64,000 nucleotides of DNA from Candidatus Iainarchaeum sp. (GTDB taxonomy: Archaea > Iainarchaeota > Iainarchaeia > Iainarchaeales > CSSED10-239). Each line of letters begins with the position of its first letter. Positions within the stretch are counted from its first letter, which is position 1. The stretch is taken from assembly GCA_028700115.1 (NCBI GenBank), contig JAQVTI010000001.1, forward strand, positions 107,798 to 171,797. Direction: 5' to 3'. Below are positions 27,759 to 37,651 of the stretch, in pieces. The translations under genes were made by a program, and so were the position numbers. The notes under the pieces were generated by a model. The model searched no databases and had not been told where the DNA came from. It was given only the letters and a program-made list of their open reading frames with translations.

Positions 27759-28904
27759 ATGAAACAAATTTATTTAGATTATGCTGCTACTACACCTGTA
27801 GTTAAAGAAGTATATGATGAAATGAAAGATTATTTTTTAAAAAATTATGGAAATACATCTAGTCTTCATATACTTGGACAAAATGCAGATGAAAAAGTAG
27901 AAAAAGTAAGAGAAAAAATTAAACAAAAATTAAATGCAAAAGATCACAAAGTAATTTTTACTTCAGGAGGAACAGAAAGTAATAACTTAGCTATTAAAGG
28001 ATTAGTTTATGCAAACAAAGAAAAAAAACATATAATTATTTCAAAAATAGAACATGATTGTATTTTAAAAACTGCAAAATTTTTAGAAAAACAAGGATAT
28101 GAAGTCACATATTTAAATGTTGATAAAGAAGGTTTTATTGATTTAAAACAATTAGAAAAATCTATTAAAAAAGAAACTATATTAGTTTCAATAATGCACG
28201 CAAACAATGAAATAGGAACTTTGCAAAATCTTAAAGAAATTGGAAAAATTTGTAAAGAAAAAAAGGTTTTATTTCATACAGATGCTTGTCAAAGTTTTAC
28301 AAAAGAAAAAATAGATTTAGAAGAATTTAATATAGACTTGATTACAATAAATGCACATAAAATTTATGGCCCTAAAGGAATTGGAGCATTAGTTATTAAA
28401 AATGGAATTAAACTAACCCCTTTATTACATGGAGGGGGACACGAATATGGTTTTAGAAGTGGAACTTTAAATGTACCTGCTATTATTGGCTTTGGAAAAG
28501 CAATAGATGTAATTTCTAAAGAAGATATTAAAAAAATGATCGATTTAAGAAATTACATGATTAAAGAAATTTTAAAAAAAATACCAACTTCTAAACTAAA
28601 TGGACCTACAGAAAATAGACTTTGTAATAATTTAAATTTTTTATTTAATTATATAGAAGGAGAATCAATTCTTTTACAATTAGATATGGAAGGAATATGT
28701 ATTTCAACAGGATCTGCATGTTCATCAAATACACTTGAAACAAACCACGTAGCAAATGCTATTGGAATACCAAAAGATAAGGCAAATGGAATTATAAGGA
28801 TATCTTTAGGAATAGAAACAACTAAAGAAGAAACAGATATTTTTATTGAAAAATTAATTAAAATTGTAAAAAGACTTACAGACATGTCTCCTCTTACAAA
28901 ATAA
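27759..28904 (+). CDS. iscS: cysteine desulfurase (IscS/NifS, class V aminotransferase)
   Basis: TSGGTESNN; PLP Lys in INAHKIYGPKG; active-site Cys loop STGSACSS. Confidence 0.85.
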   Translation: MKQIYLDYAATTPVVKEVYDEMKDYFLKNYGNTSSLHILGQNADEKVEKVREKIKQKLNAKDHKVIFTSGGTESNNLAIKGLVYANKEKKHIIISKIEHDCILKTAKFLEKQGYEVTYLNVDKEGFIDLKQLEKSIKKETILVSIMHANNEIGTLQNLKEIGKICKEKKVLFHTDACQSFTKEKIDLEEFNIDLITINAHKIYGPKGIGALVIKNGIKLTPLLHGGGHEYGFRSGTLNVPAIIGFGKAIDVISKEDIKKMIDLRNYMIKEILKKIPTSKLNGPTENRLCNNLNFLFNYIEGESILLQLDMEGICISTGSACSSNTLETNHVANAIGIPKDKANGIIRISLGIETTKEETDIFIEKLIKIVKRLTDMSPLTK

Positions 28905-28923
28905 GCTTTAAAGAAAATTAATT

Positions 28924-29382
28924 ATGCAAAATATAAAATATTCTAAAAAAGTTAAAGAACATTTTCTACATCCACACAATATGGGTAAAATAAAAAATGC
29001 AGATGGTATTGGAAAACTTGGAAACCCAGCTTGTGGGGATGTAATGTATATTTATTTAAAAATTATAAAAAAAAATGAAAAAGAAATAATTAAAGATATT
29101 AAATTTCAAACAATGGGATGTGCAGCTGCAATATCAACATCTTCAATGATTACAGATATAGTAAAAGGAAAAACTTTAGAAGAAGCTTTTAAAATAACTA
29201 ACAAAGATGTTGCAAAAGAATTAGATGGATTACCACCAATAAAAATGCATTGTTCTAATCTTGCTGCAGATGTTTTAAAAGAAGCAATAAAAGACTATTA
29301 TAATAAACAAAAAAATAGAAAAATAAAATATGAAAAAACAGCATGTTATAAATGTTGTGATTCTAAAAAAGAAATGGATTGA
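28924..29382 (+). CDS. iscU: Fe-S cluster assembly scaffold IscU/NifU
   Basis: GNPACGDVMY, FQTMGCAAAIS and MHCSNLAA: three scaffold Cys in canonical contexts. Confidence 0.85.
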   Translation: MQNIKYSKKVKEHFLHPHNMGKIKNADGIGKLGNPACGDVMYIYLKIIKKNEKEIIKDIKFQTMGCAAAISTSSMITDIVKGKTLEEAFKITNKDVAKELDGLPPIKMHCSNLAADVLKEAIKDYYNKQKNRKIKYEKTACYKCCDSKKEMD

Positions 29383-29594
29383 TAAAAATGATTACAAAAA
29401 ATACAACTTTAAAAGAAATTTTAGATCTTAAAAATGCAGAAAAAGTTTTAGAGAAATACAAAGTACCATGTCTTTCATGTCCTTATGCAAAAATGGAAAT
29501 GGATACTTTAGAAATTGGCTTAATTGCAGAAATGTATGATTTAGATTTAGATAACATTATTGAAGAATTAAATAAACTTAAAAAAATAAAATAA
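29379..29594 (+). CDS. DUF1858-like redox-disulfide small protein
   Basis: TLKEILD...VPCLSCPYA...TLEIGL pattern. Overlaps the iscU stop by 4 nt. Confidence 0.45.
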   Translation: MIKMITKNTTLKEILDLKNAEKVLEKYKVPCLSCPYAKMEMDTLEIGLIAEMYDLDLDNIIEELNKLKKIK

Positions 29595-29645
29595 TTATTT
29601 TTATTTAATAATTATTTTTATTTAATTATAAATATAAAAATAAAA

Positions 29646-30995
29646 TTAAATAAATTTTAAAATATCAGATAAATCTTTTGGATCTTTAAAACAAATAACA
29701 TTATTTTTTTCTAAAGTTTCTAAAAAAATATTTGTTTGAAAACCACCAATTGCTAAAACAAATATTGGTTTCTTACTTTTTTTTCTAATATTTATAATTT
29801 CAATTAAAATATCTTGATTAATAGTAGATAATTGAAATAAAAATAATAAAATTAAACAAGAAATATTTTTATCATTTAAACAAATATTTATAGTTTTTAT
29901 AAATCTAAAATTATCACAATCTCCAGTAAGATCTAAAGGATTTTTAATAACAGCATAACTTGGAACAATTTTTTTAATTTTTTCAAAAGACTTTTTTGAA
30001 ATTGAAGGTAAATTAAAACCATTAAAATCTAATTGATCAGAAGTTAAAACTCCAAACCCACCACCATTTGTAATTATTTGGATATTAGAAAGATCTAAAT
30101 AATCATAATTTGAAAAAACTTTTGCAAGAGAAAACATTTCTGAAATAGAATTAACTAGATATGCCCCAGATTGTTTACAAGCAGATTTAAAAACATCAAA
30201 AGACCCAGCAATTGCAGCTGTATGTGACGTTGCTGCAACAATTCCTTTATTTGATATTCCTCCTTTTAAGATAATTATTTTTTTAGACTTTGATACTTTT
30301 TTTAAAGTTTTTAAAAAAAGATTACCATCTTTAATTCCTTCAATATAACATAAAATAATTTTAGTATTTTTCTCATTTTCTAAACTTAATAATAAATCAG
30401 ATTCAGAAATATCTAAAGAATTACCATATGAAAAAAATTTACTAACACCTATATTTTCAAAATTAGCTCTATCTAAAAAAGATAAACCTAAAGCACCAGA
30501 TTGAGATATCAAAGATACATTCCCTTTTTGTGGGAATTTAACTTCAGAAGAAATAAATGAAGCATTTAAATTATTATATAGATCTACATACCCAAGGCAA
30601 TTTGGACCTAAAAGATTAATTTTATTTTTATCTAAGATATTTTTTAAATCTAAAGATAATTGTTTATTTCCAATTTCTAAAAAACCAGATGAAATTAAAA
30701 TAATATTTTTACAAGTTGTTTTAGATATATCTTTAATTACATCTAAAATAAGATTATGAGAAATGGCAATAATTACTATATCTATTTGTTTATTAATATC
30801 TAAAATTGACGAAAAAACTTTTTTATTAAAAATATATTTCCCAGAAAGTCTTGGATTTACATAAAAAACATCTTTTTTAAAAAAAGAAAGATTTTTAGAA
30901 ATAGTATAACCTATACTATTTTCTTTATCAGAAGCACCTATTAAACAAATAGAAGACACATTATAAAAAGTATTTAAATTTTTCATATTTTTCAA
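29646..30995 (-). CDS. acetyl-CoA synthetase (ADP-forming) alpha-type subunit / CoA-binding domain protein
   Basis: N-terminal CoA-binding Rossmann (ICLIGASDKENSIGYTISKNL), then a succinyl-CoA-ligase-like flavodoxin domain. No beta (ATP-grasp) subunit adjacent. Confidence 0.55.
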   Translation of the reverse strand: MKNMKNLNTFYNVSSICLIGASDKENSIGYTISKNLSFFKKDVFYVNPRLSGKYIFNKKVFSSILDINKQIDIVIIAISHNLILDVIKDISKTTCKNIILISSGFLEIGNKQLSLDLKNILDKNKINLLGPNCLGYVDLYNNLNASFISSEVKFPQKGNVSLISQSGALGLSFLDRANFENIGVSKFFSYGNSLDISESDLLLSLENEKNTKIILCYIEGIKDGNLFLKTLKKVSKSKKIIILKGGISNKGIVAATSHTAAIAGSFDVFKSACKQSGAYLVNSISEMFSLAKVFSNYDYLDLSNIQIITNGGGFGVLTSDQLDFNGFNLPSISKKSFEKIKKIVPSYAVIKNPLDLTGDCDNFRFIKTINICLNDKNISCLILLFLFQLSTINQDILIEIINIRKKSKKPIFVLAIGGFQTNIFLETLEKNNVICFKDPKDLSDILKFI

Positions 30996-31138
30996 TATTT
31001 TTTTATAAAATATATATTATTTTTAATTATAAAATTTTTATAAATATTATAATTTTAGAAACATATAAATATACAATAGTTAATTATATAAATATATATA
31101 TTTTAATAAAAATATATTTTACAAAAATAAAGATAATT

Positions 31139-31705
31139 ATGAATCAAAAAAGTGAAATAATATTTTATGGAAGAGGTGGACTTGGAGCAAAAACAGCAGC
31201 ACAAATTCTTGCAGAAGCAGCAAATATAGAAGAAAAAAATATCCAAGCTTTTCCAGAATATGGTCCAGAAAGAAGAGGAGCACCTGTTAGATCTTTTGTT
31301 AGAATATCAGATAAACATATAAGAGTGCATGAACCAATTTTAAATCCAGACTACATAGTTGTAATTGATTCAAACTTATTTGATGTTATTGAAAATTTAA
31401 AAGAATTTAATGGAACTTATATAATTAATACAAATAAACCTAAAGATTATTTTAAAAAAATTCTTAAAAATAAAAAATTTATTTTAATAGATGGAACTAA
31501 GATTGCTTTAGAAAATCTAAAAATAAATAATCCAAATATAGTTTTGATTGGAGCTTTAATTAAACAAAGTAAAATTATTAAATTAAGTTCTGTTGAAAAA
31601 ATAATTGAAGAAGAATTTACAAAAAAAGGAAAAGAATATTTTATTAAGCCTAATTTAAAATGTTTAAATGAAGGTTATAATTATAATTTTAAAAAGAAAA
31701 AATAA
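31139..31705 (+). CDS. porG: pyruvate:ferredoxin oxidoreductase gamma subunit
   Basis: IFYGRGGLGAKTAAQILAEAA start typical of Por gamma. First gene of the porGDAB order. Confidence 0.8.
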   Translation: MNQKSEIIFYGRGGLGAKTAAQILAEAANIEEKNIQAFPEYGPERRGAPVRSFVRISDKHIRVHEPILNPDYIVVIDSNLFDVIENLKEFNGTYIINTNKPKDYFKKILKNKKFILIDGTKIALENLKINNPNIVLIGALIKQSKIIKLSSVEKIIEEEFTKKGKEYFIKPNLKCLNEGYNYNFKKKK

Positions 31706-31727
31706 ATAAATTTAGGATAAAATAAAT

Positions 31728-32042
31728 ATGGAAAATAAAAAAAAATCTAAAGAACTACCAATTGGAAGTATACTTCCAGGAGGAACTTCAACTAAAAACA
31801 AAACAGGTTCTTGGAAAGATAAAGTTCCTGTTTGGGATGAAAAAAAATGTATTCATTGTATGATATGTTATAATAAATGCCCAGAAAACTGTATTCTTGC
31901 ACAAGTTAAAGCAGGAAAAATTAAAAGAACAAAAACAGATTTAGAATACTGCAAAGGTTGTGGAATTTGTGCAAAGGTTTGTCCAGTTGGAGCAATAACT
32001 ATGAAAGATGCAAGTGAAGTTGAAAAAGAAAATAAAAAATGA
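31728..32042 (+). CDS. porD: pyruvate:ferredoxin oxidoreductase delta subunit (2x[4Fe-4S] ferredoxin)
   Basis: CIHCMICYNKCP and CKGCGICAKVCP. Confidence 0.85.
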   Translation: MENKKKSKELPIGSILPGGTSTKNKTGSWKDKVPVWDEKKCIHCMICYNKCPENCILAQVKAGKIKRTKTDLEYCKGCGICAKVCPVGAITMKDASEVEKENKK

Positions 32043-32056
32043 ATTTGTGAAAAATT

Positions 32057-33217
32057 ATGAAAAATAAAAAAATGGCATTAACAGGTGGAGAAGCAATCTC
32101 ATATGCTTTAAAACAAATTAATCCAGATGTTGTGGCGATGTATCCAATAACTCCACAAACTCCTATTATTGAAAGATATTCAAAATATGTTGCAGATGGA
32201 GAAGTAGATACTGAACTAATTAGAGTTGAATCAGAACACTCTGCACTTTCAGCCACAATCGGAGCTGCTGCTTCAGGGTCTCGTGCAGTTACAGCAACAG
32301 CTTCTCAAGGTTTACTTTATATGTTTGAAGTTTTATCTGTTGCTTCAGGACTAAGACTTCCAATTGTTATGCCTGTTGTAAATAGAGCAATATCTTCTCC
32401 AATAAACATACACTGCGATCATTCAGATTCAATGTCTGCAATTGATCAAGGTTGGATGCAAGTATATTGTCAAAATGCACAAGAAAGTTATGAAATGACT
32501 TTATTTGCAACTAAGCTTGCAGAAAAAGTAAACTTACCTATTATGGTTTGTCAAGATGGATTTATAACTTCCCATAATCTAGAAAACATAGAAGTTTTTA
32601 ATGATAATAAAGTTAAAAAATTTATTGAGGACTACAAACCAGCATATAATTTATTAGATGTAGATAAACCTATATCAATTGGACCTTTAGCCTTAACAGA
32701 TTATTATTTTGAAATAAGAGCACAATTATTTGAAGCTTTTTCAAAAATTAAAAAAGAATTTAAAGAAATTTCAAATGAGTTTAAAGAAACTTTTGACATG
32801 AAAATTAATTTTTTAGAAAAATATAAATCAAATGATGCAGAAATTATTTTTATATGCTTAAGCTCAACTGCTGAAAGTATAAAAGATGTAATTGATACTT
32901 ATAGAGATAATGGTTATAAGGTAGGACTTGTAAGACCAGTTTTATTTAGACCATTTTTTTATGAAGAATATGCAAAAGAATTAGAAAATGCAAAAACAGT
33001 AGTTGTTTTAGATAGATCTGAAGGTCCAGGAAGCCATGCACCTTTGTTTAAAGACATAGTTATTTCTTTAACAAACATAGAAAAAAGACCAGAAGTTTTT
33101 TCTTTTGTTTATGGACTTGGTGGAAGAGAGATTTATCAAAAAGATATATGTAAATTATTAGATACTTTAATCTCTGGTAAGCTTCCAAAAAGTAAATATA
33201 TTGGACTTAGAGAATAA
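32057..33217 (+). CDS. porA: pyruvate:ferredoxin oxidoreductase alpha subunit
   Basis: ALTGGEAISYALKQINPDVVAMYPITPQT N-terminal signature of POR/KOR alpha. Confidence 0.85.
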   Translation: MKNKKMALTGGEAISYALKQINPDVVAMYPITPQTPIIERYSKYVADGEVDTELIRVESEHSALSATIGAAASGSRAVTATASQGLLYMFEVLSVASGLRLPIVMPVVNRAISSPINIHCDHSDSMSAIDQGWMQVYCQNAQESYEMTLFATKLAEKVNLPIMVCQDGFITSHNLENIEVFNDNKVKKFIEDYKPAYNLLDVDKPISIGPLALTDYYFEIRAQLFEAFSKIKKEFKEISNEFKETFDMKINFLEKYKSNDAEIIFICLSSTAESIKDVIDTYRDNGYKVGLVRPVLFRPFFYEEYAKELENAKTVVVLDRSEGPGSHAPLFKDIVISLTNIEKRPEVFSFVYGLGGREIYQKDICKLLDTLISGKLPKSKYIGLRE

Positions 33218-33236
33218 TTTTAAATTTGTGAAAAAT

Positions 33237-35672
33237 ATGAATAATTCAGAACTTGCAATAAAGATTAATGAAAATAAAAAATTAGTTCCAGGACATAGAA
33301 CATGTGCAGGATGCCCTATTGCTGTGATATTAAGAACAGCACTTGCTTCAACTGATAAAAAAATAGTTGTAGCTTCAGCTACTTCTTGTGCAGAAGTAAC
33401 TACTACAATATATCCTTATACATCTTGGAATGTTCCTTGGATGCATTCTGTTTTTGCAAATGCAGCTGCAACTATTTCAGGAATTGAAAGTTCTTATAAA
33501 GCTTTAAAGAAAAAAGGCAAAATAAAAAAAGATATTAGATTTTTAGCTTTTGGTGGAGATGGTGGATGTTACATTCCAAAAACAAAAATATTAACTACAG
33601 AAGGTTTTAAAAATGTAGAAAAAATAACTACAAAAGATTTAATTTGGTCAATAAATCCAAAAAATAAAACTTTAGAAAAATCAAAAATAAAAAAAATGCA
33701 TAAATATAATTATAATGAAAAAATAATTTCTGTAAATCACAATTTTGTACATTTTGATGTATCTTTACAACACAACATTCCAATTTATAATAAATTAAAT
33801 AACAAAATAGAAGCTATTAAAGCACATGAATTATTAAATTATGGTAGAAGTGATAAAATAAATATAATAACAGGTGATTTAAACTGGAAAGGTAAAAATA
33901 AAAAATATTTTGAATTACCAAAAATTAAATACAACAAAAATTCAAATAATAAAAAGGACATACCTAAAATAAATATGAAAATTTGGTTAGAATTTTTTGG
34001 ATATTGGATATCTGAAGGACACCTTTCAAAACATAATAGTAAAAGAAATATATACAACACTTTTATATCTCAAACAAAAAAAGCAACTATTAAAAAAATA
34101 GATAAATGCTTAAAACAAACTAAAATAAATTATTGGTATAATAAAGATAGATTTTGTATAAGTAATCAAAAATTATGGGTATATTTAGAACAATTTGGAA
34201 AAGCAAAAGACAAATATATTCCTCAAGAATTTAAAGAATTATCAAAAGACTATTTACAAATATTATTAAATTCATTAATGGAAGGAGACGGCACAATAAT
34301 TAAAAGACTTAAAAGCACAGCTTATTCTTATAGTACAATTTCAAAAAAATTAAAAGACGATGTAATTGAAATTGCACTTAAATTAGGATATAGAGTGCAT
34401 TTAGATGAAAGAACTAGAAAAAACAGAAAAGAATACAGTATATCTTTTTCAAATTACAAACCAACAAGATTAGCAAACCTAAGAAAAAAACACATCACAA
34501 ATTATAATTATAAAGGAAAAATATATTGTCCAGAATTAGAAAAAAACCACATCATGGTTATTGAAAAAGATGGGCGAATAAGTTTAAATATGAATAGTTT
34601 CGACATTGGACTTCAAAGTCTATCAGGAGCATTAGAAAGAGGACATGATTTTACATATATATGTTATACAAACGAAGGATATATGAATTGTTTATCTACA
34701 GATTCACTAATTATGACTGAATCAGGATTAAAACAAATTACAGAAATTAAAAAAGGAGAAAAAGTTTGGGCTTTTGATCAAAAAACATATCAACCTGTTT
34801 TAAAAAAATGCACAGGTGTATTTGATAATGGTAGAAAAAAAGTATATGAAATTGAAACTATACATCAAAATATAAAAGCAACATCTAATCATCCGTTCTT
34901 AGTATTAAAAAGAAATAAAAATAAAGAAAATGAATTTGTTTGGAAAACAGTTACAGAACTTAAAAAAGATGACGAAATTGTAACTCTTAAAAAGAAATTT
35001 TATAAAAACTTAGATATAAATAAAAATCTAAAAAATGATTATAAAATACAAAATAATCATTATTTTATAATAAGAAAAATAAAAAATATAATTCCTAGAA
35101 AAATAGAACAAACATTAGATTTAAGAGTTGAAGGAGAACACAATTTTATTGCAAATGGAATTGTTGTTCATAACACAGGAAATCAGAGATCTTCAGCAAC
35201 ACCTTATGGAGCATCAACAACTACAACTCCTTCTGGAAAAGTTTCTTTTGGTAAAGAAAAATTCCAAAAAGATCTTGCACAAATTATAATTGCACACAAC
35301 ATACCTTATGTGGCAACTGCAAATCCAGAATTCCAAATTGATATGTATGAAAAAATGAAAAAAGCTTTTGAAACAAAAGGACCTTCATTTATTTTAATTT
35401 TTGCAGCATGCCCTACAAACATGAAAGCAGATCCATCAGAGACATTTACAATTAGTAAAATGGCTACTGAGACAAATTACTTCCCACTTTATGAATATGA
35501 GAATAGAAAATATAAAATTAATTATAAACCTTTTAAAAAAGTTCCAATTGAAGAATTTTTAAAACTACAAACAAAATTTAGAGAAGTTTTAAAAGATAAA
35601 AAAGAAATTAAAATCATACAAGAACACGTAGATGAAAAATGGAATAGTATTCTAAAAAAGGAAGAAAAATAA
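33237..35672 (+). CDS. porB: pyruvate:ferredoxin oxidoreductase beta subunit (TPP-binding) interrupted by two inteins
   Basis: Extein pieces CAGCP, AFGGDGG / SFDIGLQSLSGALERGHDFTYICYTNEGYMN / TGNQRSSATPYGAS match the PorB TPP motif. Excising 343 aa and 162 aa leaves about 306 aa, the normal PorB size. Start taken at the Met after the porA stop. Confidence 0.8.
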   Translation: MNNSELAIKINENKKLVPGHRTCAGCPIAVILRTALASTDKKIVVASATSCAEVTTTIYPYTSWNVPWMHSVFANAAATISGIESSYKALKKKGKIKKDIRFLAFGGDGGCYIPKTKILTTEGFKNVEKITTKDLIWSINPKNKTLEKSKIKKMHKYNYNEKIISVNHNFVHFDVSLQHNIPIYNKLNNKIEAIKAHELLNYGRSDKINIITGDLNWKGKNKKYFELPKIKYNKNSNNKKDIPKINMKIWLEFFGYWISEGHLSKHNSKRNIYNTFISQTKKATIKKIDKCLKQTKINYWYNKDRFCISNQKLWVYLEQFGKAKDKYIPQEFKELSKDYLQILLNSLMEGDGTIIKRLKSTAYSYSTISKKLKDDVIEIALKLGYRVHLDERTRKNRKEYSISFSNYKPTRLANLRKKHITNYNYKGKIYCPELEKNHIMVIEKDGRISLNMNSFDIGLQSLSGALERGHDFTYICYTNEGYMNCLSTDSLIMTESGLKQITEIKKGEKVWAFDQKTYQPVLKKCTGVFDNGRKKVYEIETIHQNIKATSNHPFLVLKRNKNKENEFVWKTVTELKKDDEIVTLKKKFYKNLDINKNLKNDYKIQNNHYFIIRKIKNIIPRKIEQTLDLRVEGEHNFIANGIVVHNTGNQRSSATPYGASTTTTPSGKVSFGKEKFQKDLAQIIIAHNIPYVATANPEFQIDMYEKMKKAFETKGPSFILIFAACPTNMKADPSETFTISKMATETNYFPLYEYENRKYKINYKPFKKVPIEEFLKLQTKFREVLKDKKEIKIIQEHVDEKWNSILKKEEK
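33567..34595 (+). mobile_element. intein 1 in PorB (343 aa) with LAGLIDADG homing endonuclease domain
   Basis: Inserted right after the GGDGG of the TPP motif. Starts CYIPKTKILTTEGF (block A) and ends ..ISLNMN, followed by Ser (+1). Carries two LAGLIDADG motifs (FFGYWISEGH and LLNSLMEGDGTI). The penultimate residue is Met rather than His. Confidence 0.65.
34689..35174 (+). mobile_element. intein 2 in PorB (162 aa mini-intein, no endonuclease)
   Basis: Inserted after YMN of YICYxNEGYMN. Starts CLSTDSLIMTESG and ends GIVVHN, followed by Thr (+1): textbook Hint-domain termini. Confidence 0.8.
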
Positions 35673-35686
35673 AAAAGGTTTTAATT

Positions 35687-36394
35687 GTGCCAAACATCTC
35701 AACACATGCAAAAATAATTAAAGAAGTTTATTCTAAAAATAAAAAATTTAATTTAGATTATTTAGTATCTGGAAGTATATTTCCAGATTATTACTATTTT
35801 TTAAAATATCAAAAATATAATGACCCCACTAATTTACTACATTCTAAACTTGCAAAAAGATACTCAGAAAAACTAATTAAATCTGCAAAAAACAAAAAAG
35901 AACTTTCTTTTGCAATAGGTGTTTATTCACACATTATAGTTGACCAAAAAGTTCATGCATATTTAAGAAAAAACAAACTTGAAAAAAACATAAATCACCT
36001 AGTAATTGAACATTTTTTAGAGATAAAACAACATACACCTGTTAACAAAATATTAATTTGTAAAAATTTAATTAAAAGAACTATTCCTAAAAAATATTAT
36101 ATACATTTAAAAAAAATAAATTTATTTAATTCAATTAAATTTATTTTATTTAATAAAACTATATTTTTTTTAATAAAACAAAAATACATAAATAAAAAAA
36201 GATCTAAGAAAAAAAGTATATGGAATTTAATTTTAAGAATAGGTTATAAAAGACCACTTAAAAGAGTAGAGTTTACAGATATAGAAAAAATAGTAAATCC
36301 TAATTTTAAATTAAAAAAACATATAAAAAATATAGAAAAAGAAATAAATTTATCTAAAAAAGAAATAATTAAAAAAATCAAAGAATTAATTTAA
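35687..36394 (+). CDS. hypothetical protein, weak resemblance to Zn-dependent phospholipase C-like (H-rich N-terminus)
   Basis: ISTHAKIIKEV ... SGSIFPDYYY. Basic C-terminus. Low confidence. Confidence 0.25.
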   Translation: MPNISTHAKIIKEVYSKNKKFNLDYLVSGSIFPDYYYFLKYQKYNDPTNLLHSKLAKRYSEKLIKSAKNKKELSFAIGVYSHIIVDQKVHAYLRKNKLEKNINHLVIEHFLEIKQHTPVNKILICKNLIKRTIPKKYYIHLKKINLFNSIKFILFNKTIFFLIKQKYINKKRSKKKSIWNLILRIGYKRPLKRVEFTDIEKIVNPNFKLKKHIKNIEKEINLSKKEIIKKIKELI

Positions 36395-37573
36395 TAATTC
36401 TTTAACATCTCTAATCATTTGTAATTCTTCATTTGTTGGAATAACTAAAACTTTAATTAAACTATCTTCTGATGAAATTATTAATTCATTTGAATTATTT
36501 TTACTTTCATCTAACTTAAGTCCTAAAAAACTAAAATGATCTAAAACAAGTTTTCTTAAAAAAGGAGAATGCTCTCCAACTCCTCCTGTAAAAACAATTA
36601 CATTTATTCCTTTCATCTCAGAAATGTATGCACCAATTATTTTAATTATTCTATTTACTAAAATATCATTTGCAAGAGTACAATCTTTACAACCTTTAAT
36701 TGCATTTTCTTCAATATACCTATGATCACTTGATTGCTTAGATATTCCTAAAAGCCCAGATTGTTTATTTATTAATTTTTTAATATCTTCTTTAGAATAA
36801 CCATTTTCTAATAAAAATAAAATTATTTCAGGATCAAAACTTCCAGATCTAGTTCCCATTGGAAGACCATCTAAAGGAGTAAAACCCATAGAAGTATCAA
36901 AACTTTTACCATTTTTAATAGCACATATACTTTGACCATTCCCTAAATGACATGTAATTATATTTATTGAATCATAATCTTTTTCTAAAATCTCACATGC
37001 TTTTCTTGAAACAAACTTATGAGAGGATCCATGAAAACCATAACTTCTAATTTTAAATTTTTCATAAAGCTCTATTGGAAGAGCATATAAATAATTTTCT
37101 AAAGGTATAGTTGAATGGAATGCTGTATCAAAAACCCCAAAATGCTTTGTAGATTCTGGCAAATGACCTTTTAAAATTTCAACACATTTTAAATTTACAG
37201 GATTATGAAGCGGTGCTAAAAAATTATATTTTTTTAAATCTTCTAAAACCTCAGAAGTAAGCTCTGTTGTTTTATTATATTTTTCAGCTCCATGAACAAT
37301 TCTATGAACAACATAATTAATTTCAAAAAAAGAAGTAATAATATTATTTTCTATTAAAAAATCTAAAAGATTAGAAACAGCTAAATCATGTTCTAAAATA
37401 TCAAACTCATCTTTTAATTTTTTATCATTAAATTTAATTTTTCTAAGACAAGTTCTACCAGAAACTCCAATTCCATCAAATTGTCCAACAATTAATGTTT
37501 TTTCATTTTCAAAATCGGCTAATTCAAATTTTAAAGAACTACTACCTGCATTAATTACTAAAATATTACTCAT
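36386..37573 (-). CDS. ackA: acetate (or short-chain acyl) kinase
   Basis: MSNILVINAGSSSLKFEL N-terminal signature. ASKHA fold motifs (VHRIVHGAEK, GFHGSSH). Confidence 0.8.
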   Translation of the reverse strand: MSNILVINAGSSSLKFELADFENEKTLIVGQFDGIGVSGRTCLRKIKFNDKKLKDEFDILEHDLAVSNLLDFLIENNIITSFFEINYVVHRIVHGAEKYNKTTELTSEVLEDLKKYNFLAPLHNPVNLKCVEILKGHLPESTKHFGVFDTAFHSTIPLENYLYALPIELYEKFKIRSYGFHGSSHKFVSRKACEILEKDYDSINIITCHLGNGQSICAIKNGKSFDTSMGFTPLDGLPMGTRSGSFDPEIILFLLENGYSKEDIKKLINKQSGLLGISKQSSDHRYIEENAIKGCKDCTLANDILVNRIIKIIGAYISEMKGINVIVFTGGVGEHSPFLRKLVLDHFSFLGLKLDESKNNSNELIISSEDSLIKVLVIPTNEELQMIRDVKELLN

Positions 37574-37651
37574 AATTTATTCCTCACATATTTTTAAAAA
37601 TAAAAAAAGAAAATGTATTTTTATAAAAATACATTATAAAAAATTATAAAA

